Source: Candidatus Obscuribacterales bacterium
GTDB taxonomy: Bacteria > Cyanobacteriota > Vampirovibrionia > Obscuribacterales > Obscuribacteraceae
Assembly: GCA_019745415.1 (NCBI GenBank)
Contig: JAIETF010000009.1
Span: 64,503 to 128,502, forward strand
Direction of reading: 5' to 3'
DNA: 64,000 bases
Below, piece after piece: positions 1 through 10,181 of this stretch. The position numbers and the translations under genes were made by a program. The notes under the pieces were generated by a model, which made no database searches, was not told the DNA's origin, and saw only the letters and a program-made list of their open reading frames with translations. Positions within the stretch are counted from its first letter, which is position 1; each line of letters begins with the position of its first letter.

Positions 1-1
1 A

Positions 2-400
2 GATACTGAGAGAGTTTGCCAGCCTGCCACCATTGCCGAAAGAGCCGATGTGCCAGGGCAAGCCACTGCTCTGGGCTTCCCTGAACGCAGCCGTACCTTG
101 CAAGCCTCACCCGGCATCGTCGAAAGAACAACCGCAGGAACAAACCTACGGGCGGCTATCCACAGTTTACCCGGCGAAAGAGCCAACCGCCCCCTTCTAG
201 ACATGAGCATGCACACCAGACCCGGCAATTCGGGCGGTCCAGTCTTTAACGAAAGGGGTGAAGTGCAAGGTCTGGTCTATGGTGGACCACCGAGCGGTCG
301 TGCCCATATCGAAAGAACCTGGGCGACTCCTATAGACCGGGCTCGCATTGACGGCATGCTCAGCCGCGTGCAGCCAAACAGGCAAAGAGCCGCCTGGTAG
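2..400 (+). CDS. Trypsin-like (chymotrypsin-fold) serine protease, C-terminal part; 5' end lies outside the window
   Basis: The frame stays open from the window edge (DTERVCQPATIAERAD...) into ORF 50-400. Catalytic-serine motif GNSGGPV. Collinear with the paralog at 14901-15842 (VCxP, ALGFPxxSRxLxASPG, GxSGGPV). Confidence 0.65.
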   Translation, partial: DTERVCQPATIAERADVPGQATALGFPERSRTLQASPGIVERTTAGTNLRAAIHSLPGERANRPLLDMSMHTRPGNSGGPVFNERGEVQGLVYGGPPSGRAHIERTWATPIDRARIDGMLSRVQPNRQRAAW

Positions 401-403
401 CAG

Positions 404-877
404 TCACATAAACTTAAGAGCCTCATCTACCGAGTCGACTCGTCCTGAAACAAACTTGACACGCATAATCAGGTTATCACCAACCAGAAAATACTCAAAC
501 TGTCCACAGATTTCAATGGACAGGTCCTGATTACTGCTGCCGCCGGCGGGAGGCAAAATCTGCAGCTCCGCGCTGGAAGCGCCGAGGTCGCTTGCGTCAG
601 GCATGCCAAGCCGTGCAATCACCTGTGAGTGAGTTAGCCCGTTCAAAACATGTTTCTTGATCAAAGCTTGGGATAACCTCTGCAGACAAAGCTCTTCTTT
701 AGATAGACGTGCCTTGCGCCATGCCTCTGGGCTGAACTCCAAGGCAGGATAAAGGCCAATCGGTCTGGCATGGAGGACAAAGAGAGGTAAGCCGACAAAC
801 AGAGCGTAAACTCCGATTGCCACAGCAATTAGAATCTGAACATGTTTACTGCGCAATAGACTAGACAATGGAGCCAC
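404..877 (-). CDS. Hypothetical membrane-anchored protein
   Basis: 157-aa ORF with a GTG start and one N-terminal hydrophobic helix (ILIAVAIGVYALFVGLPLFVL). No family recognised. Convergent with the protease gene, 3 bp from its stop. Confidence 0.4.
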   Translation of the reverse strand: MAPLSSLLRSKHVQILIAVAIGVYALFVGLPLFVLHARPIGLYPALEFSPEAWRKARLSKEELCLQRLSQALIKKHVLNGLTHSQVIARLGMPDASDLGASSAELQILPPAGGSSNQDLSIEICGQFEYFLVGDNLIMRVKFVSGRVDSVDEALKFM

Positions 878-1776
878 CGCACGGCTTGGGAAAAGGACTC
901 CTTTGCTACTTTACCGCTTTGCCAGCCTGAGAAGCTTGGGCAGACTTCAATAAAATGCATTCGAGACATCAGTAAACCAGAACGGTGCCGTTCTTACGCC
1001 TACGCACTGAAACTTCACCAATTCGCCTTTATGAATCCTTCGCTTAACCGTGCGGTAGCAGGCACCACCGCTCCAAACAAGACAGTCGGCTAGCGTACTA
1101 AAAGAACACTCTGCTTAGCGCCGCCGCCAGCCAAACAACATACTGCAGACTCAGCAGCCACTATCTATAGAAACCAAACACCTATCAAATGGTAGGCTGT
1201 ACAGATAAGTGAACCAACATATCTGCAAATTCACTTTGGCTCCATCACTCTAGTCAATCCTATAAAGCCATCACATGCTCGCGGATGAGGCAGAGCAGCA
1301 TCTTCTGACTCGCTTAAGGCTGCCAAGGCTCGGAACGAAAGAACCATCAGAAGTAATGCCTTGCACGAAAAACGTCAAGTCACAGGAACAGAGAAAAGCC
1401 AAACTGAATACAACCAATGCAGCTTACTTTCTTTGGGGGGAGAGGGTCAAAAGCCCATACTCAATGACACTAGAGAAGTAAGAAATTACTGTCCGAACTC
1501 TAAAAAGAAGATGTTGCGAGAACAAATTCACACAAAATCACGAACAAACATTAGAGACGCCCAGCAAAAGCCAAAGCATAAGCCCTTAAATTTACGACAT
1601 TTTTCCCTTTGCCGCCGAATTCCAAGAGCTGCGCCAACAATAGGACACAGCCATTTTTGGCCATCCACGGCCCTTCCGCGAGATTAAGCGACTCCAATTG
1701 CGCAACATCAAACCATAGATAAACTACTCTTTTGCTGCGTGATTTTCGAGACATTTCTTTCCGATCGGTAACAAAG

Positions 1777-2586
1777 ATGCTAGACAAGACACAAATTGAC
1801 TTCTTCAACAGAAACGGTTTCATTCGAATTCCCGGAGTCTTGGACAAAGAAAAGGCGGAAGAGTTTAGGAAAGATAGTCTTAGTTTGTTTCAAAAGGAAG
1901 CGCAATTGCAAGACTCGGACAAACTACGCGCCAACATGTTTGCTCGCCACCACGAAATGAGATGGCTCCTCACCGACCCATGCATCAACTCTCTCGTAAA
2001 GGATTTGCTAGGACAGGAATTTACCTACATAGAAAGAGAAGCTTCCGTGGGTCTGAACTGGTACACCTCATGGCATAGAGACACTGAAGGACCAGAACTA
2101 GGTGGAGAAGCTTGGGCGTGGAAACCAAATCTCAAGCTAGTTCAACTGATGTGGTATCTACAGACAGAATGTCCTGAGTACGGAGGAGGCCTTGAGGTAA
2201 TTCCAGGCTCTCATTTGCGCCGAGATTGGAAGAAAACAGACTACGAAGGCTCCCAGGTAGTCAGAGGCTTCCGCCGCAGGGCTCTGCACTGGATTAGAAA
2301 CAAAACTGACATGACCGAGCCCATACAGGGTCTGCCATATGTCATTCCAAACGATCCAGGAGATCTCATTGTTTTCAACATGAGAATCTTGCATAAAGCG
2401 ACCTTTCCCACAATATGCAAGGAAAGCGAAGTTCCCAAGGAAAGGGAAAAAATACTAGTTTCTTACGTTGCCGCGCCAAAAAATGAGGACTGCATCAACT
2501 ACAAGAACTATCTTGCAAAATGCTCAAACAAGGTCTACGACGAGACACCTCAATCGAATACAAAAGCCGAAGCTGTTGTGTCATAG
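1777..2586 (+). CDS. Phytanoyl-CoA dioxygenase (PhyH)-family Fe(II)/2-oxoglutarate oxygenase
   Basis: N-terminus QIDFFNRNGFIRIPGVLD is typical of PhyH. WHRD (HxD) and IPGSHL motifs present. The ORF opens at TTG 1732; the first ATG is at 1777. Confidence 0.65.
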   Translation: MLDKTQIDFFNRNGFIRIPGVLDKEKAEEFRKDSLSLFQKEAQLQDSDKLRANMFARHHEMRWLLTDPCINSLVKDLLGQEFTYIEREASVGLNWYTSWHRDTEGPELGGEAWAWKPNLKLVQLMWYLQTECPEYGGGLEVIPGSHLRRDWKKTDYEGSQVVRGFRRRALHWIRNKTDMTEPIQGLPYVIPNDPGDLIVFNMRILHKATFPTICKESEVPKEREKILVSYVAAPKNEDCINYKNYLAKCSNKVYDETPQSNTKAEAVVS

Positions 2587-2651
2587 AATACGCACCAACG
2601 TCAACAAAAGCTGGCCAGCAAATACCTTACAAGAGACTCGACTCAAGCCAT

Positions 2652-4499
2652 TCAGAGCCTCAAGACCTCTGACTCGGCATGCAATGTACTCAAACCAAGC
2701 CCATCACCAGCACTTACCACCTGATAGTTCCTCCACATCGCTGCCAGTTGTCCATTCTTAGCCAAGAGTTCGCTAAAACTGCCAGATTCTACAACTCTGC
2801 CGTTATCTAGAACATAGATACAATCAAAGAGCTCTAAAAGATGCAACTTGTGTATAGATGAAACCAAACATCTATCGGCGAATTTTCTCAGCACGGCAGA
2901 ATATATCAGCCTTTCATTGGCAGTATCGACACTGCTTGTAGGCTCATCCATCAAAATAATGCTGCTTTCTCTGGCAAAGAAAATACCGCGCGCCAAAGCC
3001 AGCCGCTGCTTTTCGCCACCGCTCAAATTGACCCCTTTCTCGGCTATATTTGTCTCGAGCCCGTCAGGCAGACGACCTAGCACTGACGCAAAACGAGCTG
3101 CCTCAACTGCATCAATCATATCGGCTCGATCTGCATCCATACCGAAAGCAATATTGAATGCAATGGTATCAGCAAAGATTTCTGGGTCTTGAGGCATGAG
3201 TGTCGTAGCAGCAGCGAGATGCCTTAAGCCATGGGGCATCTGCGTACCATCAACCACAACCGAGACAGTCTGAGGCTTCTGCAAACCCCTAAGCAAATTA
3301 AGTAATGTACTTTTGCCGCTGCCGCTTTCACCAACGAGGGCAATTGATTTACCTCTCACCAGCTCAATTGCCACATCGTTCAAATGATGCAAACGATGTT
3401 TATCGTCCTCATACGTGAAATTGAGGTTCTGCACCCGGATTTTCCGCCAATCATAAGATAGAGGCTCTGCCTGGTCGGCAGAATGATCCAGCTCTTCATA
3501 TGCATCACTAATGGTATCGACACCACGCAGGTCGGCGGCTTGCCTAACAACCACGCCATAATAACCGGCAAAAGTATAAAACGACTCGCCGATACGTCGC
3601 AAATACTCAAAGAGAGTAAAGAATGTACCGGCAAGAATTACCTGCTTTGCCAACAAATTGCTCTGCACATACCAGAACATGACCATAACCGTCATTCCCA
3701 TCACAATAAAGGAAGTTAGAGCCCACTTAATCTCGTTCACCTTGGCGTTAACCGTGAAAAGTGACTGCGAGCGATAAATGCGCCTCAAGACCTCGGCAAG
3801 AGTGCGATTCTCGAGCCTCAATGTAATCACTGAAACAATATTGCTTACATAGTCGTGAATGGCAGATGCCACATGGTTATCCATGATATTGAGCTCGTCA
3901 TACTGCTTGTCTAGAATGCGATCGAACAAAGCAATAATCAAAAGCGACAAGAGCGTAGCACCGAGGGCGGCAGCCGCGGCAATCGGCATAAAGTAGAAGA
4001 GAATCACCAGGGTGCCCAAAAGGCGCAAGACCATATAGACAATTTCAAAAGTGTCTTGAAAGAAGTTAGACATGGCTGTGGTGGCGCGATTGATCTTGTC
4101 TATGGTTTGTCCTGAATGGTGACCCGAATGCCATTGCACAGGCAGGGCGGTAACCTTTCTGAACAGTTCAGCTTTGAAGCTCGACCTGATTTGAAAAGCG
4201 ACATAGCGCTCTATAACCCGAGCCGGACCATGGAAAGCCCAGAAGCCCACCGATACTCCAAGAAGCATAAGCAGATACTTGCCGACATCAAGCAAAAGTT
4301 TGTCGCCAAGCTTGAGCCCGGCAGCCAAATCAATCTGCACATCATTGAGCATGCGCCCAATCACGAAAGGCTCTATCAGCTCAAAAGCCTGAGCGCCTAC
4401 AAACATAAGCATATAGATTACAAAGAGCTTTCTATGAGAACCGGCGTAATGCCAGCCCCTAGAAAACAACAAAGCGAAGGCGTTATTTCGTAAATTCAT
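2652..4499 (-). CDS. ABC exporter, fused permease plus ATPase (MsbA/multidrug type)
   Basis: Six-helix N-terminal half. Walker A GESGSGKST, signature LSGGEKQRLALAR, Walker B IILMDEPTS. The ORF extends to 4649, but the ATG at 4499 (MNLRNNAF...) gives a normal length. Confidence 0.9.
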   Translation of the reverse strand: MNLRNNAFALLFSRGWHYAGSHRKLFVIYMLMFVGAQAFELIEPFVIGRMLNDVQIDLAAGLKLGDKLLLDVGKYLLMLLGVSVGFWAFHGPARVIERYVAFQIRSSFKAELFRKVTALPVQWHSGHHSGQTIDKINRATTAMSNFFQDTFEIVYMVLRLLGTLVILFYFMPIAAAAALGATLLSLLIIALFDRILDKQYDELNIMDNHVASAIHDYVSNIVSVITLRLENRTLAEVLRRIYRSQSLFTVNAKVNEIKWALTSFIVMGMTVMVMFWYVQSNLLAKQVILAGTFFTLFEYLRRIGESFYTFAGYYGVVVRQAADLRGVDTISDAYEELDHSADQAEPLSYDWRKIRVQNLNFTYEDDKHRLHHLNDVAIELVRGKSIALVGESGSGKSTLLNLLRGLQKPQTVSVVVDGTQMPHGLRHLAAATTLMPQDPEIFADTIAFNIAFGMDADRADMIDAVEAARFASVLGRLPDGLETNIAEKGVNLSGGEKQRLALARGIFFARESSIILMDEPTSSVDTANERLIYSAVLRKFADRCLVSSIHKLHLLELFDCIYVLDNGRVVESGSFSELLAKNGQLAAMWRNYQVVSAGDGLGLSTLHAESEVLRL

Positions 4500-4995
4500 A
4501 AAATATTTGATCTCGCAAAGGGAAAAGGCACACGCCACTTCCGGCGGTGCTCGCGGTCCTCTCCACGACATGTGCAGATGCGAAAGCACAAGCAAAAACG
4601 ATGCCGGGAAGATCTTAACCAGCTTCAAATCGACCTTGCAATCAAGCAAGCAATCAATATGGCTGGTCGGTTTATCCGCCGACAGACCGCGTTTGCAGCA
4701 AATTAATTGTGAAAATCAATGACGATCGATTGACTTAACAACACACAGCAGAGGCGGCGAGTCTGAGCTAAAGCGTCCAGTTGAGGCGGCTTTGGCTGCT
4801 AGAAAGCGGAGGCTATTTAATTTCTTGTCTACCATTAGAACTCCTCCGGTGACCTCTGCCCGTGACTCTATCTATGATTTAAGCGGCTCTGCCGCAAAGA
4901 ATAAATCACGGTTGTTTATATCGATTTTTCGATTCTCGCACAAGAACTTTTATTTGCCAAGCAGACTTTTCCAGAAATTAATATCTAGCCTCAAG

Positions 4996-5382
4996 CTATG
5001 TCATAGAGAAATAAATCAAAACAGGATAGACAATTACAATCAATATAAAGCTGGCAGTAAGCCCGCCTGGAATAGATCCAGCGCCTTCACGCCTGAACTT
5101 CGGCAAGATATAGAGCAACAAATAAAGAGACTTGTATACAACTTGAAGCATCAAGACAGCGACAAATCTCTCTGGATAGATTAGGCCCAAACAAGAAAGC
5201 AATAAAATTGAAGACCAGAGACAAGCAACCAAAAGGCGCAGCCCTTCTGAATTCTCCACACGCCCTTGAAAGGCTCTTATAGACTTGCCACCGCTATCGG
5301 TGAACATTAAAAAAAGCACCGGCAGCAAAATCAAAATGTTCGCCGCATATGCATACACAAGAATATTGGGCATGGAATTCAA
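4996..5382 (-). CDS. Hypothetical small polytopic membrane protein
   Basis: 128-aa ORF with about four hydrophobic helices. No family recognised. Confidence 0.4.
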   Translation of the reverse strand: MNSMPNILVYAYAANILILLPVLFLMFTDSGGKSIRAFQGRVENSEGLRLLVACLWSSILLLSCLGLIYPERFVAVLMLQVVYKSLYLLLYILPKFRREGAGSIPGGLTASFILIVIVYPVLIYFSMT

Positions 5383-5425
5383 CTCTCCTGGGCAACCTGT
5401 CCAGCTACAGGCACGGGCAAGTCAC

Positions 5426-5887
5426 TTACAAAGCTTTAGAACGCATTAGTTTTGTCAACTCACGATCAAAAGCAGAGGCAAACTGTCGCTTTTCTTTATC
5501 GCCAAAAGGAGCGGGACCACCGCCTATCATGCCGCTGTCACGCAGTTCTGTCAGCAAATCGCGCACCCCAAGACGCTCTCCAATATTGTCTGGAGTGAAG
5601 ACGGTCCCGCGTGGTTCGATGACCACCACTCCCTTTGGAACGAGAGCGGCAGCAAGCGGTATGTCTTGCGAGACTACCAGATCTCCGGGCTGGGCGTGTT
5701 CAACGATATACGCATCGGCAAGATCTGGTCCAGCCGGCACAAGATGAAAACTATAGAGCGAATTGGCAGGTATATTGAGCTGTTTATTGGCAACAAAGGC
5801 TACCGGCAAAGACAACCTCAAGGCAGCCTTTGTGACTATATCGCGCACAGCCGAGGGGCAGGCGTCGGCATCAATCCAAATTTTCAT
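5426..5887 (-). CDS. yaiI: UPF0178 / DUF188 protein (YaiI/YqxD family)
   Basis: MKIWIDADACP...VANK...DIPLAA...PRG...RD...GGP is collinear with E. coli YaiI as I remember it. ATG at 5887, five codons inside the ORF. Confidence 0.85.
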   Translation of the reverse strand: MKIWIDADACPSAVRDIVTKAALRLSLPVAFVANKQLNIPANSLYSFHLVPAGPDLADAYIVEHAQPGDLVVSQDIPLAAALVPKGVVVIEPRGTVFTPDNIGERLGVRDLLTELRDSGMIGGGPAPFGDKEKRQFASAFDRELTKLMRSKAL

Positions 5888-6017
5888 GGCTATCCAATCC
5901 ACCTAAACACCAAGCAATTATCTTAGCAGTTCGGACCGCCGATGCCCCGGAACTGTCACAAAACCATCCTAAACTGACCCTACGCAAAAGTGTGTTCCCC
6001 ACCCACGCATTTTTCTT

Positions 6018-7271
6018 ATGGACAACACAAATACAGTAAGCTGCAAAGAAAACCAGGTCTTCCTATCACTTGTCTCTAGAGTGGTAACACAACTGTATGA
6101 CGTTTCAGGCGCGCGCCAGGTAATGGACAAAGCCGACAAGCTGCAATGCAGCAAGGACGGCGAAGACGCCGTAAAGCAAGCCCAGCAAGCCACCCTGGTG
6201 CTCGACGACCCTTTTACAAAAGTGCTTGACGCCAAGCAAAAAGCCGACCTAGATGACCGTATGAATGGGAAGGAAAAGGGCAATGGGCTAGACCTCGACC
6301 TTTTTCTCAATCCATCTGCCGATGGCAAGAAAACCAATTCACATATAGATTTGGCGGTGCGAGATGTGCTGCCGGGTTCACCGGCAGCACTGGCGGGGCT
6401 GAAACCAGGCGACAAAATTGAAAAACTGAATGGCAGACCAGTCTCAGATTTCACGGTCAATGAAATCACCGCCCTTGTAGCCAGCGAAAGATTCAGAGTC
6501 GATGCCTCAAGAGAAGGTAAGTCTATCTCTGCTGAAATCAAACAGGCTGAACTGCAAACGCCTAAGGTGCTCGATAGAGATCTTGGCGATGGTGTCGCCT
6601 ATATTCGCATCAGAGACTTCATTGCCCAAGACACAGACAAAGCCGTCGAGCAGGCATTTCGTCGCAATAAAGGAGCCAAAGCCTTTGTTCTAGACCTTCG
6701 CAACAATCCAGGCGGCAGAGTAGTGGATTCGCTCAACATTGCCTCGATGCTTGTGGAACACGGCAAGCTTGCAGTAGCCGAAGAAAGATTGCCATCGAGC
6801 CTATCCTCTCCTCTCTTTACCACTAGGCAGTTCAGCGTCAGCAAGGAATCGCAAATAATTGAAAGCGATACAAAAGAGGTGACGCCACGCCAGTTCCCAT
6901 ATCTACTTAACGGTCGCCCCCTCATTGTTCTGGTCAATGGCAATAGCGCTTCGGCATCAGAACTATTGACCGGCGCCCTTATGGCCAAACCAAATATATT
7001 GATCGCCGGAGAGAAGACCTACGGTAAAGGCGTCGGACAAACCGTAAGCGAAAAAATGACCGGCGGCAACGGCGTCAATGTCACCAATATCAAATTCTTT
7101 GCACCGAACGGTCTCAATGCCGGCGACGGGCACAATAAACGTGCAGGCTTCTCGACCGACATACCCCTGCCAAAACGCCTACCGACCCCAAGCGAACCGG
7201 ACAGCCAAATCAAAGATGCCAAAGACATGCTAAAGGGTCTCATGAAGGTGAGAGGGCGGCTCGGCAGTTGA
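6018..7271 (+). CDS. S41 family C-terminal processing peptidase with PDZ domain
   Basis: PDZ-like GLKPGDKIEKLNGRPV. S41 motifs VLDLRNNPGGRV, VLVNGNSASASELLTGAL and GEKTYGKGVGQ. Confidence 0.85.
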   Translation: MDNTNTVSCKENQVFLSLVSRVVTQLYDVSGARQVMDKADKLQCSKDGEDAVKQAQQATLVLDDPFTKVLDAKQKADLDDRMNGKEKGNGLDLDLFLNPSADGKKTNSHIDLAVRDVLPGSPAALAGLKPGDKIEKLNGRPVSDFTVNEITALVASERFRVDASREGKSISAEIKQAELQTPKVLDRDLGDGVAYIRIRDFIAQDTDKAVEQAFRRNKGAKAFVLDLRNNPGGRVVDSLNIASMLVEHGKLAVAEERLPSSLSSPLFTTRQFSVSKESQIIESDTKEVTPRQFPYLLNGRPLIVLVNGNSASASELLTGALMAKPNILIAGEKTYGKGVGQTVSEKMTGGNGVNVTNIKFFAPNGLNAGDGHNKRAGFSTDIPLPKRLPTPSEPDSQIKDAKDMLKGLMKVRGRLGS

Positions 7272-7285
7272 CCTTGGTATTGGCT

Positions 7286-7888
7286 TTACTGCAGGGTATT
7301 CTCCGACCCTACCAGCTTCAATTTCTTCTCTATATCGATTCTGTGCAGAGTGTTCTCGGCACGAAGTTTGACAAAGGGATTATCATCGGCAGCCAATATA
7401 TTGAGCGCATCCTCAGGAAGATTAGCATCTTCTGCCATACTGAAGCGAACATCAGGATTCTCATCCCTGACCATGATCATTATTGACGCCAAAGGAGTGT
7501 TCGGATTGCCTGCGGCAGCAATGCGAATTTCGGCCAGAGCTTGATAGGACAAACAAGCCAGAGTGCTCGGCCAACTGTGTCTATTTTCGGCAATTCGCTC
7601 CAACAGCTCGGGTGAGCCTTCGGTGCAAAGATCTTGCAAAACCGAAGGCGGCGTATGTGGATTAATGGCAAGAAGCCAGGCAACCTCTAAGAGCTGTGCA
7701 TCGGTAAGTCCCAACTTATTGCGAATAGCCAAGCTCAGCTGCGGCGCTTTCGATGGCTGATTGAGCCACTTTGACACCACTTTCTTCAAGGAAGCGGAAA
7801 TCTGAGGGTTAGGACATTCACTAACAAAGTCATATAAGAAAGTCAACTCCTCTGCATCATGTTTGTGTGGTTGAATGGAACTCTGCAT
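7286..7888 (-). CDS. HEAT / leucine-rich-repeat-variant-like repeat protein
   Basis: Repeated NPxTP / NPDVR helical-repeat motifs (AINPHTPPSVL, AGNPNTPLASI, DENPDVRF, DDNPFVKL). ATG at 7888 is preceded by AAGGAG. The ORF's upstream extension to 8005 looks non-coding. Confidence 0.5.
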   Translation of the reverse strand: MQSSIQPHKHDAEELTFLYDFVSECPNPQISASLKKVVSKWLNQPSKAPQLSLAIRNKLGLTDAQLLEVAWLLAINPHTPPSVLQDLCTEGSPELLERIAENRHSWPSTLACLSYQALAEIRIAAAGNPNTPLASIMIMVRDENPDVRFSMAEDANLPEDALNILAADDNPFVKLRAENTLHRIDIEKKLKLVGSENTLQ

Positions 7889-8597
7889 GGAATTCTCCTT
7901 ATAAAAATCTTGGAAGTAATATCTAACTACTCTCTGCAATACCAAAGAAGGTTGAAAGCAGGAGCAGAAAGAAAATAGCGAAAAAGACAACCGGAACGAC
8001 CACAAGGCCGAAACATATCAGGAAGCTAGTACTCAGCATAATCAAACCTCCGATATGCTGCGCTCGAAAAACGCAGCATCTACACCGTCAAATTGCAAAG
8101 ACGGGCAAAGCGAGTAATCAACAAAACCTCTATGAGGGTTTGACTTTTGGCAAAAGAAACAAAACAAAGTGAACTTTAAAACCCCAATAAGCACGGTTCT
8201 AGTCCGAGTGCAAATAGAGGCGTATCAACCGAGATCCAAGTCTCAGGAATGGCACAACTTCACAAACTTTCTATATTCATACTAGCACGCGCCGACTTGC
8301 ATATCTCGCCGCTTAAATATCTAAAGACTGGCAAGGTGTTCAGGCTCGCTCTATACAGGTTAATTAATTCCTCAATTCAAGCCGCTGCGATTGCTGGTTA
8401 TAACAATGTCTTTACAGTGGGACATCGATACTTTCGCGGCAAAGTCTAGAAAACGAGTATTCACCAACCTTTCAAAGCTTATACACGTTTTCGTCCAAAC
8501 GGACCTGATAATATACGCCACCGCAAGCTTTGCCTAACATCAAAACAGGCAGCCGCGAACTTACTAAAATTTTCAACTCGAAATACTGGAGAAACTC

Positions 8598-8777
8598 ATG
8601 TTTTACCTTCTGGCTTTGTGCGCTCTTACCATCAGTTTTGCTCCTCCCGCTCATGCATATATAGACGCCTGCACCGGCAGCTACGCTGTGCAATTCTTCT
8701 TCGGCACAGTGCTTACTTTTCTTTTGCCATTGCAAAGAGCAGTGCGTAACTTCTTCAATAGAAAAACAGGCAAATAA
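8598..8777 (+). CDS. Small (59 aa) signal-peptide/membrane protein, below the ORF-track length cutoff
   Basis: ATG preceded by GGAGAA at 6 nt. Translation: MFYLLALCALTISFAPPAHAYIDACTGSYAVQFFFGTVLTFLLPLQRAVRNFFNRKTGK. TAA at 8775-8777, 3 nt before the ATG of the next gene. Confidence 0.45.
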   Translation: MFYLLALCALTISFAPPAHAYIDACTGSYAVQFFFGTVLTFLLPLQRAVRNFFNRKTGK

Positions 8778-8780
8778 GCC

Positions 8781-10181
8781 ATGCAGACAACATTCAAGAA
8801 ACTCTCGTACCGGGATAAATGCGCCACGGTATATCGAAAGAACTCGCTCGTATTTCGCTTCATCTCAAGCCAATATGAGCCCGCCTATCGCAAGCTTATG
8901 CAGAGCGGGCTCTATAAGCACCTAACAGAGGAAGGTCTGCTAATCTGCCATGAAGAAGTGGAAGCGCCGGATTCCTTGAGCGAGAGACAAGATGACTTTC
9001 AAACTGTGATCAAACCCTGCAAAATACCTTTCATTTCTTATCCCTATGAATGGTGCTTTTCACAACTAAAAGATGCAGCACTTTTGACCTTGCGCATTCA
9101 AAAACTTGCCTTAGCCTATGGCATGACTTTGAAAGATGCCAATGCCTGGAACGTTCAGTTTCACGGCGGCAAGCCGGTCTTCATCGACACATCTAGTTTC
9201 GAAATTCACGAAGAAGGCTCACCTTGGTCGGCTTATGGGCAGTTCTGTCGCTTCTTTCTATTGCCCTTGGTGCTTATGTCAAAATGCGAACCTCGACTCA
9301 ACTCGCTGCTGCTCGCCTATCCAGACGGCATACCATTAGATATAGGCATAAAATTATTACCACTGAGCACCTGGTTAAACCCCAGTCTTATCGGGCATCT
9401 CGCTGTCACAGCCTTTATGAATGCTCACTACAGAAAAAGTGAGGGGCATGGAAGCGACAGTAAGCAAAGGGTGAAACTGCAACAGTTGCTCAATGTGCTC
9501 AATGACCTTGAAGACACTATCTCAAATCTCAGACTCAAACAAGAAGACTCAGTTTGGAGCGCTTACTATAAAGATAATGCCTATAGCCCCAAAGCTTTTG
9601 CCGCTAAGGAAGAAATAGTACAGAGAATTCTGGTTCAATCAAAGCGCAAGAGAATCTGGGATCTCGGAGCCAACACCGGACATTACAGCCGACTGGCTTC
9701 TCCGCATGCAGACATGGTTCTAGCCATGGATTACGATGCCCTGTGTGTAGAAAACAACTATCTTGCTTTGAAGAAGCAAGGTAAAAGCAATATTCTGCCC
9801 CTTCTGATGGACTGCACGGCGCCTTCTCCGGCTCTCGGCTGGGCTCTGCTGGAAAGGTTGAGTTTGCCCGAACGCGGTCCCTGCGACCTGCTGATGGCCT
9901 TGGCTCTAATTCATCACTTGGTGATTGGCAGAAGCATCAACCTGGAAGAAGTTGCGGCCTATATGGCGAAGCTAGGGCAAGAACTAATCATAGAGTTTGT
10001 GCCAGAAGACGATAGTCAGGTTGAACTGCTACGAAAACAGAAAGCAGGAGTTTGCCAGACCTATAATCAGACCGCCTTTGAAGAGGCATTCTGCAGTCAC
10101 TTTGTGCTAATTGACAAACAAGTGATAGCAGACTCGAAGCGGATGATTTATCACTTTGTGCGACTGAGCGGAGACAGATAG
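8781..10181 (+). CDS. Class I SAM-dependent methyltransferase with a large N-terminal domain
   Basis: Motif I IWDLGANTGHYS in the C-terminal half. The 466-aa architecture resembles uncharacterised methyltransferases. Confidence 0.65.
   Translation: MQTTFKKLSYRDKCATVYRKNSLVFRFISSQYEPAYRKLMQSGLYKHLTEEGLLICHEEVEAPDSLSERQDDFQTVIKPCKIPFISYPYEWCFSQLKDAALLTLRIQKLALAYGMTLKDANAWNVQFHGGKPVFIDTSSFEIHEEGSPWSAYGQFCRFFLLPLVLMSKCEPRLNSLLLAYPDGIPLDIGIKLLPLSTWLNPSLIGHLAVTAFMNAHYRKSEGHGSDSKQRVKLQQLLNVLNDLEDTISNLRLKQEDSVWSAYYKDNAYSPKAFAAKEEIVQRILVQSKRKRIWDLGANTGHYSRLASPHADMVLAMDYDALCVENNYLALKKQGKSNILPLLMDCTAPSPALGWALLERLSLPERGPCDLLMALALIHHLVIGRSINLEEVAAYMAKLGQELIIEFVPEDDSQVELLRKQKAGVCQTYNQTAFEEAFCSHFVLIDKQVIADSKRMIYHFVRLSGDR

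Noticed and set aside
4792-5184. 130-aa plus-strand ORF
   Set aside because: It overlaps the minus-strand membrane-protein ORF 4996-5382, has no ribosome-binding site, and has a basic low-complexity composition. I cannot support it, although the 4500-4995 gap itself remains unexplained.
5969-6541. 190-aa minus-strand ORF, Ser/Leu-rich
   Set aside because: It lies entirely antisense to the well-supported S41 peptidase gene. Its composition is the mirror image of that gene's codons, and it has no motif or ribosome-binding site.
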